From Polyangiales bacterium (lineage in GTDB: Bacteria > Myxococcota_A > Polyangia > Polyangiales > Polyangiaceae): a stretch of DNA of 64,000 nucleotides. The stretch spans positions 32,001-96,000 of the forward strand of contig JBBRLQ010000020.1 in NCBI GenBank assembly GCA_038231275.1, read 5' to 3'. A program made the translations under genes and the position numbers. Shown here piece after piece: positions 9,673 through 19,569 of the stretch. The notes beneath the pieces are model-generated. The model worked only from the letters and a program-made list of their open reading frames with translations. It ran no database searches and had not been told where the DNA came from. Within the stretch, counting starts at the first letter, position 1, and every line of letters begins with the position of its first letter.

Positions 9673-10186
9673 TTACAATCTCGTCCTCGATGGCGCTCAC
9701 CTCGTCGAGGAAGCGCCGATAAAACCTGAGCTCGCCCAGCTTCTGGACGAGCGACGTGTCGGCTCCCTTTCGGAAGCCCTCCGACAGCGCGCGATCCGCT
9801 TCCTCGACGCGCGCCTCGATCGCCCGCGCGAGCGCGTTCACGCGATTCATGTCGCGCGCCGCCTTTGCCTCGGCGAGCGCCTCGCGTTGATCCATCATGT
9901 CCATCAAGAGCGCCGCCGACGGCTTCGGCTCCGCGCGCTCGCCCACGGCGATCCCCGCGAGCTCGAACAGCGCCTCCGCGCGCTTCACCGGATCGCGCAC
10001 GATGCGCCAGGCCTCGTTGACCTCCACCGCCTTGGACAGCGCCATGCGACGCTCCCCTGCCCCGCTCCCCACGAACTTGTCGGGATGGAGCGTGCGTGAC
10101 AGCTCGCGGTGCGTCTTCTCGAGCGACGCGAGATTCACGTCGAACGAAGCGCCGAGTCCCAACACCGCGAAGGGGTTCACGGTCAC
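9659..10186 (-). CDS. hscB: Fe-S co-chaperone HscB
   Basis: J-domain with HPD; NEAWRIVRDPVKRAE; helical C-domain ending ELRFYRRF. Confidence 0.92.
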   Translation of the reverse strand: MTVNPFAVLGLGASFDVNLASLEKTHRELSRTLHPDKFVGSGAGERRMALSKAVEVNEAWRIVRDPVKRAEALFELAGIAVGERAEPKPSAALLMDMMDQREALAEAKAARDMNRVNALARAIEARVEEADRALSEGFRKGADTSLVQKLGELRFYRRFLDEVSAIEDEIVNGAA

Positions 10187-10605
10187 ACCGTGAAGCTGTG
10201 ACCGCAGCCGCAGTTGGACTTCTCGTGGGGGTTACGCCACTTGAAGCCCTGCTGCATCAGCGTCTGCTCCCAATCGAGCACGGCGCCGCTGAGGTAGATG
10301 AGGCTCTTCGGATCGCAGATGACGCGCACCGGCGTGCCGTCTTGCGCGACGTAGTCGTAGACGCGATCTTTCGCGTGCGGCGGCCCGTCGTGGAACTGAA
10401 TCACGTAGCTGAACCCCGAGCAGCCGCCCCCCTTGATGCCGACGCGCAGCGTCGTATCGGTCGCGCCTCGCTTCTGGATCTGCTTTTTGACGGCCTCGAC
10501 CGCGGCGGGCGACACCGAGATGTCACGCGTCTTGGAGAGGCTCTCCGGCGGCTTCGATTCGGCCGTCGTGGTCTCGGGGGCGGTGGCGACTTCGCTCGAC
10601 ATCAT
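10183..10605 (-). CDS. iscA: A-type Fe-S carrier IscA (HesB family)
   Basis: LRVGIKGGGCSGFSY and NP..KSNCGCGHSF. Confidence 0.92.
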   Translation of the reverse strand: MMSSEVATAPETTTAESKPPESLSKTRDISVSPAAVEAVKKQIQKRGATDTTLRVGIKGGGCSGFSYVIQFHDGPPHAKDRVYDYVAQDGTPVRVICDPKSLIYLSGAVLDWEQTLMQQGFKWRNPHEKSNCGCGHSFTV

Positions 10606-10617
10606 CACGGTGCCTCT

Positions 10618-11022
10618 CTACTGAGCCTTCACCGCGCGCTTGGCGGCCTGCTTGGCGCGATAGTCGGCGATGGCGCTCTTGATCGCGTCTTCGGCGAGGA
10701 CCGAGCAGTGGATCTTGACGGGGGGGAGGTTCAGCTCGGTGACGATGTCGCTGTTTTTGATCGTCTCCGCCTCGTCGACCGTCTTGCCCTTGATCCACTC
10801 GGTGGCGAGCGACGAGCTGGCGATGGCGGAGCCGCAGCCGAACGTCTTGAACTTGGCGTCCTGGATGATCCCGTCGTCGGTCACCCTGATTTGGAGGCGC
10901 ATCACGTCCCCGCACGCCGGCGCGCCGACGAGCCCGGTGCCAACGCTCGGATCGTCCTTGTCGAGCGTTCCAACATTTCGCGGGTTTTCCGCGTGATCGA
11001 TGACTTTTTCGCTGTACGCCAT
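10618..11022 (-). CDS. iscU: Fe-S scaffold IscU
   Basis: GAPACGDVMRLQI, FKTFGCGSAIASSS, LPPVKIHCS (HscA-binding motif). Confidence 0.98.
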   Translation of the reverse strand: MAYSEKVIDHAENPRNVGTLDKDDPSVGTGLVGAPACGDVMRLQIRVTDDGIIQDAKFKTFGCGSAIASSSLATEWIKGKTVDEAETIKNSDIVTELNLPPVKIHCSVLAEDAIKSAIADYRAKQAAKRAVKAQ

Positions 11023-11073
11023 TTTCTAGTTCCTCATTCCAGCGCGTTTCGAAAATTTTCCCGGGGGGGGAGC

Positions 11074-11101
11074 TCGAGGGAGGGTCCCGACCCTCTCTCG
11101 A
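11074..11101. other. Intergenic stem-loop between iscS and iscU
   Basis: TCGAGGGAGGGTC-CC-GACCCTCTCTCGA: 13-nt arms with one mismatch, starting just after the iscS stop. Confidence 0.55.
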
Positions 11102-11107
11102 ACCTGA

Positions 11108-12340
11108 TCAGTGCGCGGTCCACTGGACCGACTTCAAATCGATGCCTTCTTTGTGCATCTCGTAGAGAGGGCTCATGTCCCGCAGGTGCTTGACCTTGGA
11201 GATGACGAGGTCGGCCACGTAGTCGACCTCGTCATCGGTGTTGAAGCGGCCGAGGCCGAAGCGGATGCTCGAGTGCGCGAGCTCGTCGCCGACGCCGAGG
11301 GCGCGGAGGACGTAGCTCGGCTCGAGGCTGGCGCTCGTGCAGGCCGAGCCGCTCGAGACGGCGACGTCCTTGATCGCCATCATCATCGCCTCGCCTTCGA
11401 CGAAGTTGAACGAGATGTTCAAGTTGCCGGGGAGGCGGTGCTCCATCGATCCGTTGATGTACGTCTCGTCGATCTTCGCCTGGATGCGCGTGCGGAGGCG
11501 CTCGCGGAGGCGGAAGATGTTCTCGTTGTCGGCCTTGCCTTCGGTGCGCATGATTTCGGCGGCCTTGCCGAAGCCGACGATGCCCGGAACGTTGAGCGTG
11601 CCCGAGCGCATCCCGCGCTCGTGGCCGCCGCCATCCATCTGAGCGACGAGGCGAACGCGCGGCTTGCTCCGCCGCACGTAGAGCGCGCCGACGCCCTTGG
11701 GCCCGTACATCTTGTGCGCGGTGATGGATGCGAGATCGACGTTCATCTTCTGCACGTCGAACGGCACCTTGCCGACCGCCTGCACGGCGTCCGAGTGGAG
11801 GAGCACGCCCTTCTCGCGGGTGATCTTGCCGATCTCCTCCAGGGGCTGCACGGTGCCGATCTCGTTGTTGGCGGCCATGATGCTGACGAGGATCGTCTTG
11901 TCGGTGATCGCCTTCTTCACGTCATCGGGATCGACGCGGCCGTCGGTGCCGACGCCGAGGTACGTCACCGTGAAGCCCTCCTTTTCGAGGCGCTTGCACG
12001 TGTCGAGGATCGCCTTGTGCTCGGTGACCGTCGTGATGAGGTGGTTGCCCTTGTCCTTGTAGAACTCGGCGACGCCCTTGAGCGCGAGGTTGTCGGATTC
12101 GGTGGCGCCGCTCGTCCAGACGATCTCTTTGTCGCTCTGCGCGTTGATCAGCTTGGCGACGCGGTCGCGCGCGTACTCGGTCGCTTCCTCTGCCGTCCAT
12201 CCGAAGACGTGGCTGCGGCTTGCCGCGTTGCCGAACTTGCCGCTCGCGAGCTGGAAATACGGGATCATCTCGTCGAGCACGCGCGGGTCGACCGGCGTAG
12301 TCGAGTGGTAATCCATGAAGATGGGGAGCTTCGGCATCAT
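11108..12340 (-). CDS. iscS: Cysteine desulfurase IscS
   Basis: [34 protein letters not shown] (PLP Lys), SSGSACTS (catalytic Cys). Confidence 0.98.
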   Translation of the reverse strand: MMPKLPIFMDYHSTTPVDPRVLDEMIPYFQLASGKFGNAASRSHVFGWTAEEATEYARDRVAKLINAQSDKEIVWTSGATESDNLALKGVAEFYKDKGNHLITTVTEHKAILDTCKRLEKEGFTVTYLGVGTDGRVDPDDVKKAITDKTILVSIMAANNEIGTVQPLEEIGKITREKGVLLHSDAVQAVGKVPFDVQKMNVDLASITAHKMYGPKGVGALYVRRSKPRVRLVAQMDGGGHERGMRSGTLNVPGIVGFGKAAEIMRTEGKADNENIFRLRERLRTRIQAKIDETYINGSMEHRLPGNLNISFNFVEGEAMMMAIKDVAVSSGSACTSASLEPSYVLRALGVGDELAHSSIRFGLGRFNTDDEVDYVADLVISKVKHLRDMSPLYEMHKEGIDLKSVQWTAH

Positions 12341-12919
12341 CTAATCGTCCTTGGCGGCGGGCTTGGTGCCCGCGACGTGGAATCCGGCCACGAGCTCGGG
12401 GACGTGCTCGCGGCAATCGTGGAGATCGCACGAGCGGCACGCGTGGAGCAGGCGCTCCGGATCGCACGTGTCGCACGTGTCGAGGTAAACGAGGCTCGCT
12501 TGAAGCTCGCGCTCGAGGTCCTGCATGCGCCGGATCTGCTCGCGCGCGTCGGCGAGCTTCTTCCGGTAGACGTCGCGCATCTTGACCATCATCCGAGGCG
12601 CGCTCTGGGACTGCTCCCAGTCGCGAACGACCGTCTGAATGTCGGTCAGGCTGAAGCCCATCTCTTGAAGGCGGTGAATCCAGCGGATGCGAACGAGCGC
12701 GTCCCGACCGTACAGTCGGTATCGGCCCTTGGAGCGGGCGGCCGGCCGCAGGAGCTCGAGCTCTTCGTACAGGTGGATGGCGCGAACGGTTTTCCCGCAT
12801 TTCGTTGCGAGATCGCCGATTTGCATGAGCTGATCATCCTCGAGATCCGGCGTCGACGGCACCGCGGCAGGGACCGGCGGCTCAATCGTGCGGAGGATGG
12901 GGAGGCGGATGTTGCTCAT
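12341..12919 (-). CDS. MerR-family transcriptional regulator with C-terminal Cys cluster
   Basis: MQIGDLATKCGKTVRAIHLYEELELL..RSKGRYRLY HTH; GFSLTDI; coiled coil; CDTC..CRSCDLHDC. Its stop codon directly abuts the iscS ATG. Confidence 0.9.
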   Translation of the reverse strand: MSNIRLPILRTIEPPVPAAVPSTPDLEDDQLMQIGDLATKCGKTVRAIHLYEELELLRPAARSKGRYRLYGRDALVRIRWIHRLQEMGFSLTDIQTVVRDWEQSQSAPRMMVKMRDVYRKKLADAREQIRRMQDLERELQASLVYLDTCDTCDPERLLHACRSCDLHDCREHVPELVAGFHVAGTKPAAKDD

Positions 12920-12930
12920 TGGTATGACCC

Positions 12931-12992
12931 ATACGTCTTACGTTAAGGATCGACTTGAGGGAACATGTACGGTCGAGGGAGCCCCTCGTCAA
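12931..12992 (-). promoter_or_regulatory. sigma70-type promoter and candidate operators of the merR-isc operon
   Basis: -35 TTGACG (12987-12992); -10 TACATG (17-nt spacer) or CATGTT (19-nt spacer); inverted repeat CGAGGG-N3-CCCTCG at 12974-12988. Confidence 0.55.
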
Positions 12993-13138
12993 GCGAAAAA
13001 CCCGGCGGTTCCGCGGAGGTCGGCCTTACGATCGGCCTTCCGTAACGACGAAGAAATCCAGCTTGAGCGGCCAAACGGGCGCTTGGGGCACGGACCTCGC
13101 AAGCTCCTCCTCTCTTAAGGAAGAAGGAGCGAAGGTGG

Positions 13139-16100
13139 ATGGCGAAGCGCGGCTCAAACGCGCAGATTCGAGTCGGCGTGGCGGATGATCGAGAGCCCAC
13201 CTGGGTGTCCGGTGATCCGGACGACACCCGTCCGACGACGCAATTCCCCGTCGCCCGCGACAGCTCGCTCGACGACGCCGAGGTCGCGCAGCACTTGCCG
13301 CTGCCGAACGCCAGCTCGGGCGAGGTGATGGTCGTGCCCGAGCCCGAGTCGCTCCGCGATCTCGAGACGCTCGTGGCGATGGAGAACGCCGACACGGTCG
13401 CCCGCACGGGCCCGCGCCAGGGGTCGCAGAGCGGCTTCGTCACCGGCGACGAAGAGACGCGCTTGCGCGTGACCGGACGGTGGGAGGAGCTCCTCGAGCT
13501 GTACCTCCAGAAGCTCGAGGCGACCGAGGCGCCGAAAGGCAAGGCGGACATCTTCAAGCGCATCGCCGAGGTGTTCGATCAGCGCCTCGCCGATCCGGAG
13601 CAGGCGATCGACGCGCTCGTGGAGGCGCTGACGCTCGATCCGTTCGACTACGACGCCGTCGACATGATCGAGGCGCTCGCGCGGCGCACGAACAAGTGGT
13701 CGCCGCTCGTCGTCGCGGTCGACGACGTAATGAAGAAGTGCTCCGATCGCGAGCGGCAAGCCAAGCTCTGCGAGCACTTGATCCGCTGGTACTCGGTGGA
13801 GAAAGGCGCGCCGGAGCTCGCCGAGCAATACAAGGAGCGGATCCGGCGGCTCGACCCGAAGCACCCCCTCGTGCAGCTGGAGCTCGCGGCGGGCTACAAG
13901 GATCAGGGCAACTGCGCCCTCGCGAAGGACGCGTTCACGCGCGCGCTCGACGGGCTGCGGCGCAAAGACCGCGTCCCCGTCTACGTGGCGCTTGGGGACC
14001 TGTACGAGTTCTACCTGAGCGACGTGAACGAGGCGCAGAAGGCCTACGACGCGGCGCTCGAGATCGCGCCGGAAACGCTCGACGCTCTCGGAGGGCTGGA
14101 GCGCATCTATCGCGCGCAGGAGAAGTATCGCGAGCTCGAGGGCGTCCTCGAGAAACAGGGAGAGAGCGCGGCGGCGTCGAGCGAGGATCGCGCGCAAGCG
14201 CTCATGCGATTGGCGCTCCTGCACGAGCGGCATTTCTTGAGGTACGACGCGGCAGCGCGGACGCTCGGCGTCGTGCTCGATCTCGATCCGCGGCGCGACG
14301 AGGCGCTGGAGGCGCTCGAGCGCTGCCAGATCGCGCTGCGGGCGTGGGCCGACGTCATCGCCACGCTCGACCGGCGCGCCAACCTCGCGCGCGATCCGGC
14401 GCAGCGCGCGGTCCTGCTCGGGCGCATGGCGGAGGTGCAGGAAAGCAAGCTCTGCGATCTCGAGGCGGCGAGCGACGCCTACGAGCGGATGACCGCGGCG
14501 GACGGTAACGCGAGCGCGCCGCTCACCGAGCTCGCGCGCCTCGCCGAGAAGCGGCAGGACTGGGGGGCCACGGCGGCCTACCGCGCGCGCCTCGCGCAGC
14601 TCGCGCCCGACGCGAACCAGGCGGCGCAGATGCTCGTCCAGATCGGCGACATGCTCTCGGCGCCGGGTCGCGACCCGGACCGCGCGCGGCACTACTACGA
14701 GCGCGCGCTCGGGATGACGCCCGGACACGTCGGCGCCTGGGAGGCGCTACAGCGCGACGCCGAACGACAGGAAGATCCGTCGCGCGTCGCCTACTGCCTC
14801 GAGCAGCGCGCGGGACTCACGGACTCGCCGCGCGCGCGGGCCCAGCTCCTCGTCGAGCTCGCGCGCGTCAAGAAGCAGATCGGGTCGGAGAGCGGGGCCT
14901 ACAGCGCGTACCAGGACGCCGTCGCCGCCGATCCCACGAACGAGACGGCCGCGGCCGCCGTACTGCCCGCGCTCGCGAAGGAGTCGCGTTGGCCCGAAGC
15001 GGCGCCGCTCTGCGAGCTGCTCGTCAACGCGGCGACGCGCGACGGCGATCACGAGCGCGCGTTCAGTCTGCTCCGCCTCGCGTCGCGCATCGCGACGAAG
15101 ATGGACAACCTGGAGCGCGCGGTCATCGCGGCGCTCGCGGCGTACGAGCTCGATCGACGCGCGCCGGAGGGGCAGTCCGATTTGCTGGTCGTGTGCGAGC
15201 TCGCCAAGGACAACCCCGCCGTGCTCGCCCGCGCGAAGAGTGCGATCGCGGAGATCGGTGAGAACGCCGCCGCGCTAGGTGCCGGCTCCCTCGTCCACCT
15301 CGCCGCCGTCGAGCGCGCGCTGGGCGACGACGCGCGCGCGCTCGACACGTTGTCGCACGCGCTCGCCAAGGAGGCCGAGCACGTCCAGGCGCTCGCCGCC
15401 GCCAGCGAGATTTACGCGGCGCGCGGCGATTTCGAGCACGCCGCCGCCTTCAAGAAGCGCCTCGCCGAGGCCGCCGCCGACGACGCCTCCCGCTACGCGC
15501 TCCTCGTGGAAGCGGGCGAGACGTGGACCCATCGCGCCAAGAACCTCCCGATGGCCGCCCTCGCCTTCGAGGACGCGCTGATCCTGAAGCCGAAGGACTC
15601 GTGGCTCCTCCACACGCTCCTCTGGGTGTACGGCGAGCTGTCGTGCTGGGAGAAGCTCGTGGAGACGCTGCGCGCGATCGTCGAATTGGATCGCGACCCG
15701 GTGAAGAAGGCCAAGGGGGTCTTCACCATGGCGCAGGTGATGCGCGACAAGATCGACGATCCGTACCGCGCGGCGGAGCTCTTCGAGGAGACGATCGCGG
15801 TCGATCCGACGCGCCTCGACGCGTTCGAACGCGTCGTGCGCATCTACACCGAGCTCAAGGACTGGGCGGCGCTCGAAAAATCGTACCGGCGCATGATCCA
15901 CCGGACGAGTGACGACGAGGTGGAGCTACGGCACGCACTCTTCCATCAGCTCGGGCTCATCTACCGCGATCGCATCGGCAACGCCGACGGCGCGCTCGAC
16001 GCGTTCCGAGCCGCCGGCGCGCTCAAGCCGAGCGACGAGAACCGCAAGATCGTCTCCGAGCTCTACGTGGTCGCCGGGCGCATCGACGACGCGCTCCGGG

Positions 16101-17110
16101 AGACGCGCGCGGCGCTCGAGGCCGAGCCGTCGAGCGTGGGCCTCTACACGACGCTCTACGATCTGTTCCTGCGCGCGCGCACGTTCGACAAGGCCTGGTG
16201 CGCGATCAACGTGCTCGCCCACATGGGCCCGCTGTCGACCGAGCAGCGCAAATTCCACGACGACTACCCGCCGGTCGCGCTGTCGTACGTGCCGGGGATG
16301 ATCACGCCGGTCGCGTGGCGCTCGCACATCCTGCACAAAGAGCTCGATCCGACGCTGACCGCGATCTTCTCGGTGATGGCGCAGGCGACGGCGCGCGCTC
16401 GAGCGGCGATGATCCCGCCTGCGCAGCGCGCGACGGCGTTCGGCGAGCCGATGCGCCCCGACCACTCCTACAACGCGGGGGCGCTGCTCGACGCGGTCAC
16501 CCACGCGGCGGCAATCTTGAGCGTGCCGGTCCCCAGCGTCTTCGCGCGGAGAGGGCCTCCGCAGCCGCTCGCGATCGCGGCGTCCTCGGTGCCGGCGCTC
16601 GTTTCGTCGTGCGAGGCGCTGGACTCGATGTCGCACGAGGCGATCGCGTTCCTGGTCGGCAAGCGCCTCGCGGATCTTCGTCCCGAGCTGTTCGGGCGCG
16701 CGATGTTCCCGACGGTGTCGGAGATGACGGCAGCCCTCGCCTCCGCCGTCCGTATCGTCAAGGGCGAGATGTCGTCCGATCCGGCGATCGCGCGCGCCGA
16801 TCGCGAGCTGGCGACGCTGATGAGCCCCGACGAGCGCGCGACGCTGCAAGGCGCGGTGATGCGCGCGACGTCGACGAACGCGAGGCTGGACGTGAAGCAG
16901 TGGTCGCGGCTCGCCGATTTGACGAGCTCGCGCGTGGGGCTGCTCCTGTGCGGCCACGTCGAGTACGCGCGACGCGCCATGCTCCAGGACGGCCAGAGCG
17001 CCTGCGATCTGCCGCCGCGTGCGCGTGTCCAACAGATGTGCCTCTTCGCCGTCAGCAGCGAGTTCGCCGAGCTTCGCGCGGCGATTGGCGTCGACGTGGC
17101 AGCAACGTAG
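13139..17110 (+). CDS. Large tetratricopeptide-repeat protein (myxobacterial type)
   Basis: 1323 aa of repeated helical units (A..AY..AL...P....AL..LERIY); AGGAG RBS upstream. Confidence 0.88.
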   Translation: MAKRGSNAQIRVGVADDREPTWVSGDPDDTRPTTQFPVARDSSLDDAEVAQHLPLPNASSGEVMVVPEPESLRDLETLVAMENADTVARTGPRQGSQSGFVTGDEETRLRVTGRWEELLELYLQKLEATEAPKGKADIFKRIAEVFDQRLADPEQAIDALVEALTLDPFDYDAVDMIEALARRTNKWSPLVVAVDDVMKKCSDRERQAKLCEHLIRWYSVEKGAPELAEQYKERIRRLDPKHPLVQLELAAGYKDQGNCALAKDAFTRALDGLRRKDRVPVYVALGDLYEFYLSDVNEAQKAYDAALEIAPETLDALGGLERIYRAQEKYRELEGVLEKQGESAAASSEDRAQALMRLALLHERHFLRYDAAARTLGVVLDLDPRRDEALEALERCQIALRAWADVIATLDRRANLARDPAQRAVLLGRMAEVQESKLCDLEAASDAYERMTAADGNASAPLTELARLAEKRQDWGATAAYRARLAQLAPDANQAAQMLVQIGDMLSAPGRDPDRARHYYERALGMTPGHVGAWEALQRDAERQEDPSRVAYCLEQRAGLTDSPRARAQLLVELARVKKQIGSESGAYSAYQDAVAADPTNETAAAAVLPALAKESRWPEAAPLCELLVNAATRDGDHERAFSLLRLASRIATKMDNLERAVIAALAAYELDRRAPEGQSDLLVVCELAKDNPAVLARAKSAIAEIGENAAALGAGSLVHLAAVERALGDDARALDTLSHALAKEAEHVQALAAASEIYAARGDFEHAAAFKKRLAEAAADDASRYALLVEAGETWTHRAKNLPMAALAFEDALILKPKDSWLLHTLLWVYGELSCWEKLVETLRAIVELDRDPVKKAKGVFTMAQVMRDKIDDPYRAAELFEETIAVDPTRLDAFERVVRIYTELKDWAALEKSYRRMIHRTSDDEVELRHALFHQLGLIYRDRIGNADGALDAFRAAGALKPSDENRKIVSELYVVAGRIDDALRETRAALEAEPSSVGLYTTLYDLFLRARTFDKAWCAINVLAHMGPLSTEQRKFHDDYPPVALSYVPGMITPVAWRSHILHKELDPTLTAIFSVMAQATARARAAMIPPAQRATAFGEPMRPDHSYNAGALLDAVTHAAAILSVPVPSVFARRGPPQPLAIAASSVPALVSSCEALDSMSHEAIAFLVGKRLADLRPELFGRAMFPTVSEMTAALASAVRIVKGEMSSDPAIARADRELATLMSPDERATLQGAVMRATSTNARLDVKQWSRLADLTSSRVGLLLCGHVEYARRAMLQDGQSACDLPPRARVQQMCLFAVSSEFAELRAAIGVDVAAT

Positions 17111-17404
17111 ACGTCCTCGCTCACTCGAGCCTGAGCTCGAGGGTGTCGTCGTCGAGGAGCGACGTCTCTCCTTGATGCGCGCCGTTCCATTCCCGAGCGA
17201 GCAGCGGCGCGACGACCTGTGGGAACGGCGGGATGGGAGTGGCCCTCGCAGAGCAAATCTAATGATGCAGTCAATCGTGTTTCCACATCGCGAAAAAGCG
17301 ACGGGGAGGTTAGGCAGAGTTTTTACGATGTCATTTCAGGTACCTGCGAAAATAGTTCGAACCGCATCTGTCAAACGGAACGTCTGTCTATTATATTGGA
17401 GGAC

Positions 17405-17707
17405 ATGAAGATCGCGTGGATTGGGGGATTGGATCGCAACGAGCGGGCCCTCGAGGAGATCGCGGCGACGGCCGGCCATCGCCTCTTCTTCCATTGCGGG
17501 GACGTGCGCGGGCGCGGGGCCGAGGAGCTCAGAGGCCTGGTAAAGCGCGCCGACGTCGTGGTCGTGGTCACGTCGGTGAACAGCCACGGCGGCGTGCTGT
17601 TCGCGAAGAAGTTCGCGCGGCAGGCGGGGCGACCGGTCGTCATCACGCGCAGCGGCAGCTCGTCGACGCTGGAGCAGCTCCTCGGCGAGATGTCGCGCGT
17701 CGCGTGA
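17405..17707 (+). CDS. DUF2325-family protein
   Basis: GGAGG RBS; MKIAWIGG...RADVVVVVTSVNSH..AKK.A...G.PVV pattern. Confidence 0.75.
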   Translation: MKIAWIGGLDRNERALEEIAATAGHRLFFHCGDVRGRGAEELRGLVKRADVVVVVTSVNSHGGVLFAKKFARQAGRPVVITRSGSSSTLEQLLGEMSRVA

Positions 17708-17725
17708 AGGTGGCATAGTCGCCCC

Positions 17726-18049
17726 ATGGACGAGGCCCGTTACCAGCAGCTCGCCGACGTCGCCCTCGGTCGCATCGAGCGCGCGCTCGGCGATCACGAT
17801 CCCGACGAGGTGGACTGCGAGCTCGCCGGAGACGTCCTATCGCTGACGTTCAAGGGCGGGAAGAAATGCGTCGTCAACACGCAGCGCCCGACCCGGCAGA
17901 TCTGGGTCGCCGCCAACGCGCGCGCGTGGCACTTCTCGTACGACGAAGCGACGGGCGCGTGGCTCGACGACAAGGACCGCGCCGTCGAGCTCTTCGGCCA
18001 GATCGCCCGCATCGTGAAGGACGCCGCGGGGGCGACTGTCTCGGTGTGA
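17726..18049 (+). CDS. cyaY: Frataxin-like iron donor CyaY
   Basis: MDEARYQQLAD..L..IE, DVLSLTF, VVNTQRPTRQIWVA, WHFSYD. Confidence 0.93.
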   Translation: MDEARYQQLADVALGRIERALGDHDPDEVDCELAGDVLSLTFKGGKKCVVNTQRPTRQIWVAANARAWHFSYDEATGAWLDDKDRAVELFGQIARIVKDAAGATVSV

Positions 18050-18079
18050 CGTCGCGGCCCCCCTGACGGCGGCGAGTGG

Positions 18080-18463
18080 CTAGTTGAGCGTGTACGGCAG
18101 CGCCAGCGCGAACGCCGCGATCGTCGCGTCGAAGCTGGAGCCGTCGGTGCGCTGCATTTGGTAGGTGCCGCGCATCTCACCGCGCGGGGTCTGCAGAACG
18201 CAGCCGCTCGTGTACTCGAAATCCTCGCCGGGCCGGAGCAGCGGCTGCTGGCCCACGACGCCAGGTCCGCGCACCTCTTCGAGCTTGCCGGCCGCGTCGG
18301 TGATGATCCAGTGACGGCTCCGCAGCTGCGCGCTCGCGGTCCCCTCGTTCGCGATCTTCACCGTGTAGGCGAAGACGTAGCGCTTGGCCATCGGCGCCGA
18401 TTGTTCGGGCACGTACACGGCCTGCACCGATACGCGAATGCCGTTGGTGATCGCCGTCGACAC
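18080..18463 (-). CDS. apaG: ApaG protein
   Basis: YVFAYTVKIANEG..AQLRSRHWIITD..EVRGPGVVGQQP.L.PG..FEYTSG; GTG start at 18463. Confidence 0.95.
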   Translation of the reverse strand: MSTAITNGIRVSVQAVYVPEQSAPMAKRYVFAYTVKIANEGTASAQLRSRHWIITDAAGKLEEVRGPGVVGQQPLLRPGEDFEYTSGCVLQTPRGEMRGTYQMQRTDGSSFDATIAAFALALPYTLN

Positions 18464-18495
18464 CGCCTTACCCTTTTCACGCATCTCCTCTTGTT

Positions 18496-19512
18496 TCAAG
18501 AGCGAACCTCCTTCGTCTCGCGCACGGGAGATGCGCGCATGTGGCTTTCCAAGAACTCGTGTGTCTTCTTCCACTTCAGGCGTGCGGCCGGACGCCAGAC
18601 CATCGCATCGTAGCCGTGGATCTCGCCGGGTTGCACGAGGAGCTCGCACGATGATCCGATTCGATCGAGGGCGGCCTTCAGCCTGCGCGCGTGGGGAAGG
18701 AGCGGATCTTTGGTGCCGGCGTTGGTGAAGAACGCCGGCATCGGGCGTGTGGGGCGGAAGCCGTTCTCGAGGAGAAGCAGCGGGCTCGACAGAGGATTTT
18801 TGCGCACGCCGCCGTGCACGTCGTGACCGACGTAGAACACCGCCGCGTCGCTGAGCATGTCGCGCGCCCAGAACGCCATCTTGGGGTGGAGGCGGTAGCG
18901 ATCGACGTCGGTGAGATCGAGGAACGGGTACGTCGACACGACCGCGCGGAGGGGCAGGTCGGCGTCGTAGATCGCACGCGCGAACGGCTCGGGGCGGCGC
19001 GTCGCGTGGGCGATCGCCAGCGCGGTGACGAGGTTGCCGCCTGCGCTCTCGCCCGCGATCGCCAGGCGCGCCTCATCGCCGCCGTACTCGGCGCACCGCT
19101 CGCGCACCCACAAGAGGGCAGCGCACGCGTCCTCGAGGGGCGCGGGGTAGAGGTGCCGCGGTCCGAGGCGGTAGTTGATGTTGAAGACGAGGTACCCGCG
19201 CCGCGCGTAGGCGAGCGCCATCACGCGGTGCGTGTCTTTCGACAACATCGAGAAGCCCCCGCCGTGGACGTACATGACGACGGGCATGGGGCGCCCGGCC
19301 TGCGCCGGGATGTACACGTCGAGGCGATGGGCGGCATCCCCGGGATCGGCGTAGGCAACGTCGTGATGAACGACCACGTCGTGCCGAGTAGGGTGGGCGT
19401 CGGGGAGCGCGTAACGCACGCGCGCGAAGGCATGCGCCGCCTGGTTCACTACGGCCGCTTGAACGGCGCCGCGCGTCGCGCTGAGGCGCTGACGGATGGA
19501 GGGTCCTGCCAT
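18496..19512 (-). CDS. HSL-family alpha/beta hydrolase (esterase/lipase)
   Basis: HGGGF oxyanion motif, GESAG nucleophile, DPL and HGY catalytic residues. Confidence 0.92.
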   Translation of the reverse strand: MAGPSIRQRLSATRGAVQAAVVNQAAHAFARVRYALPDAHPTRHDVVVHHDVAYADPGDAAHRLDVYIPAQAGRPMPVVMYVHGGGFSMLSKDTHRVMALAYARRGYLVFNINYRLGPRHLYPAPLEDACAALLWVRERCAEYGGDEARLAIAGESAGGNLVTALAIAHATRRPEPFARAIYDADLPLRAVVSTYPFLDLTDVDRYRLHPKMAFWARDMLSDAAVFYVGHDVHGGVRKNPLSSPLLLLENGFRPTRPMPAFFTNAGTKDPLLPHARRLKAALDRIGSSCELLVQPGEIHGYDAMVWRPAARLKWKKTHEFLESHMRASPVRETKEVRS

Positions 19513-19569
19513 TGCCAGCGTTCAGTCTCGCACTCTTTACGGACCCATTCCACCCTACAATCGCCCCCC

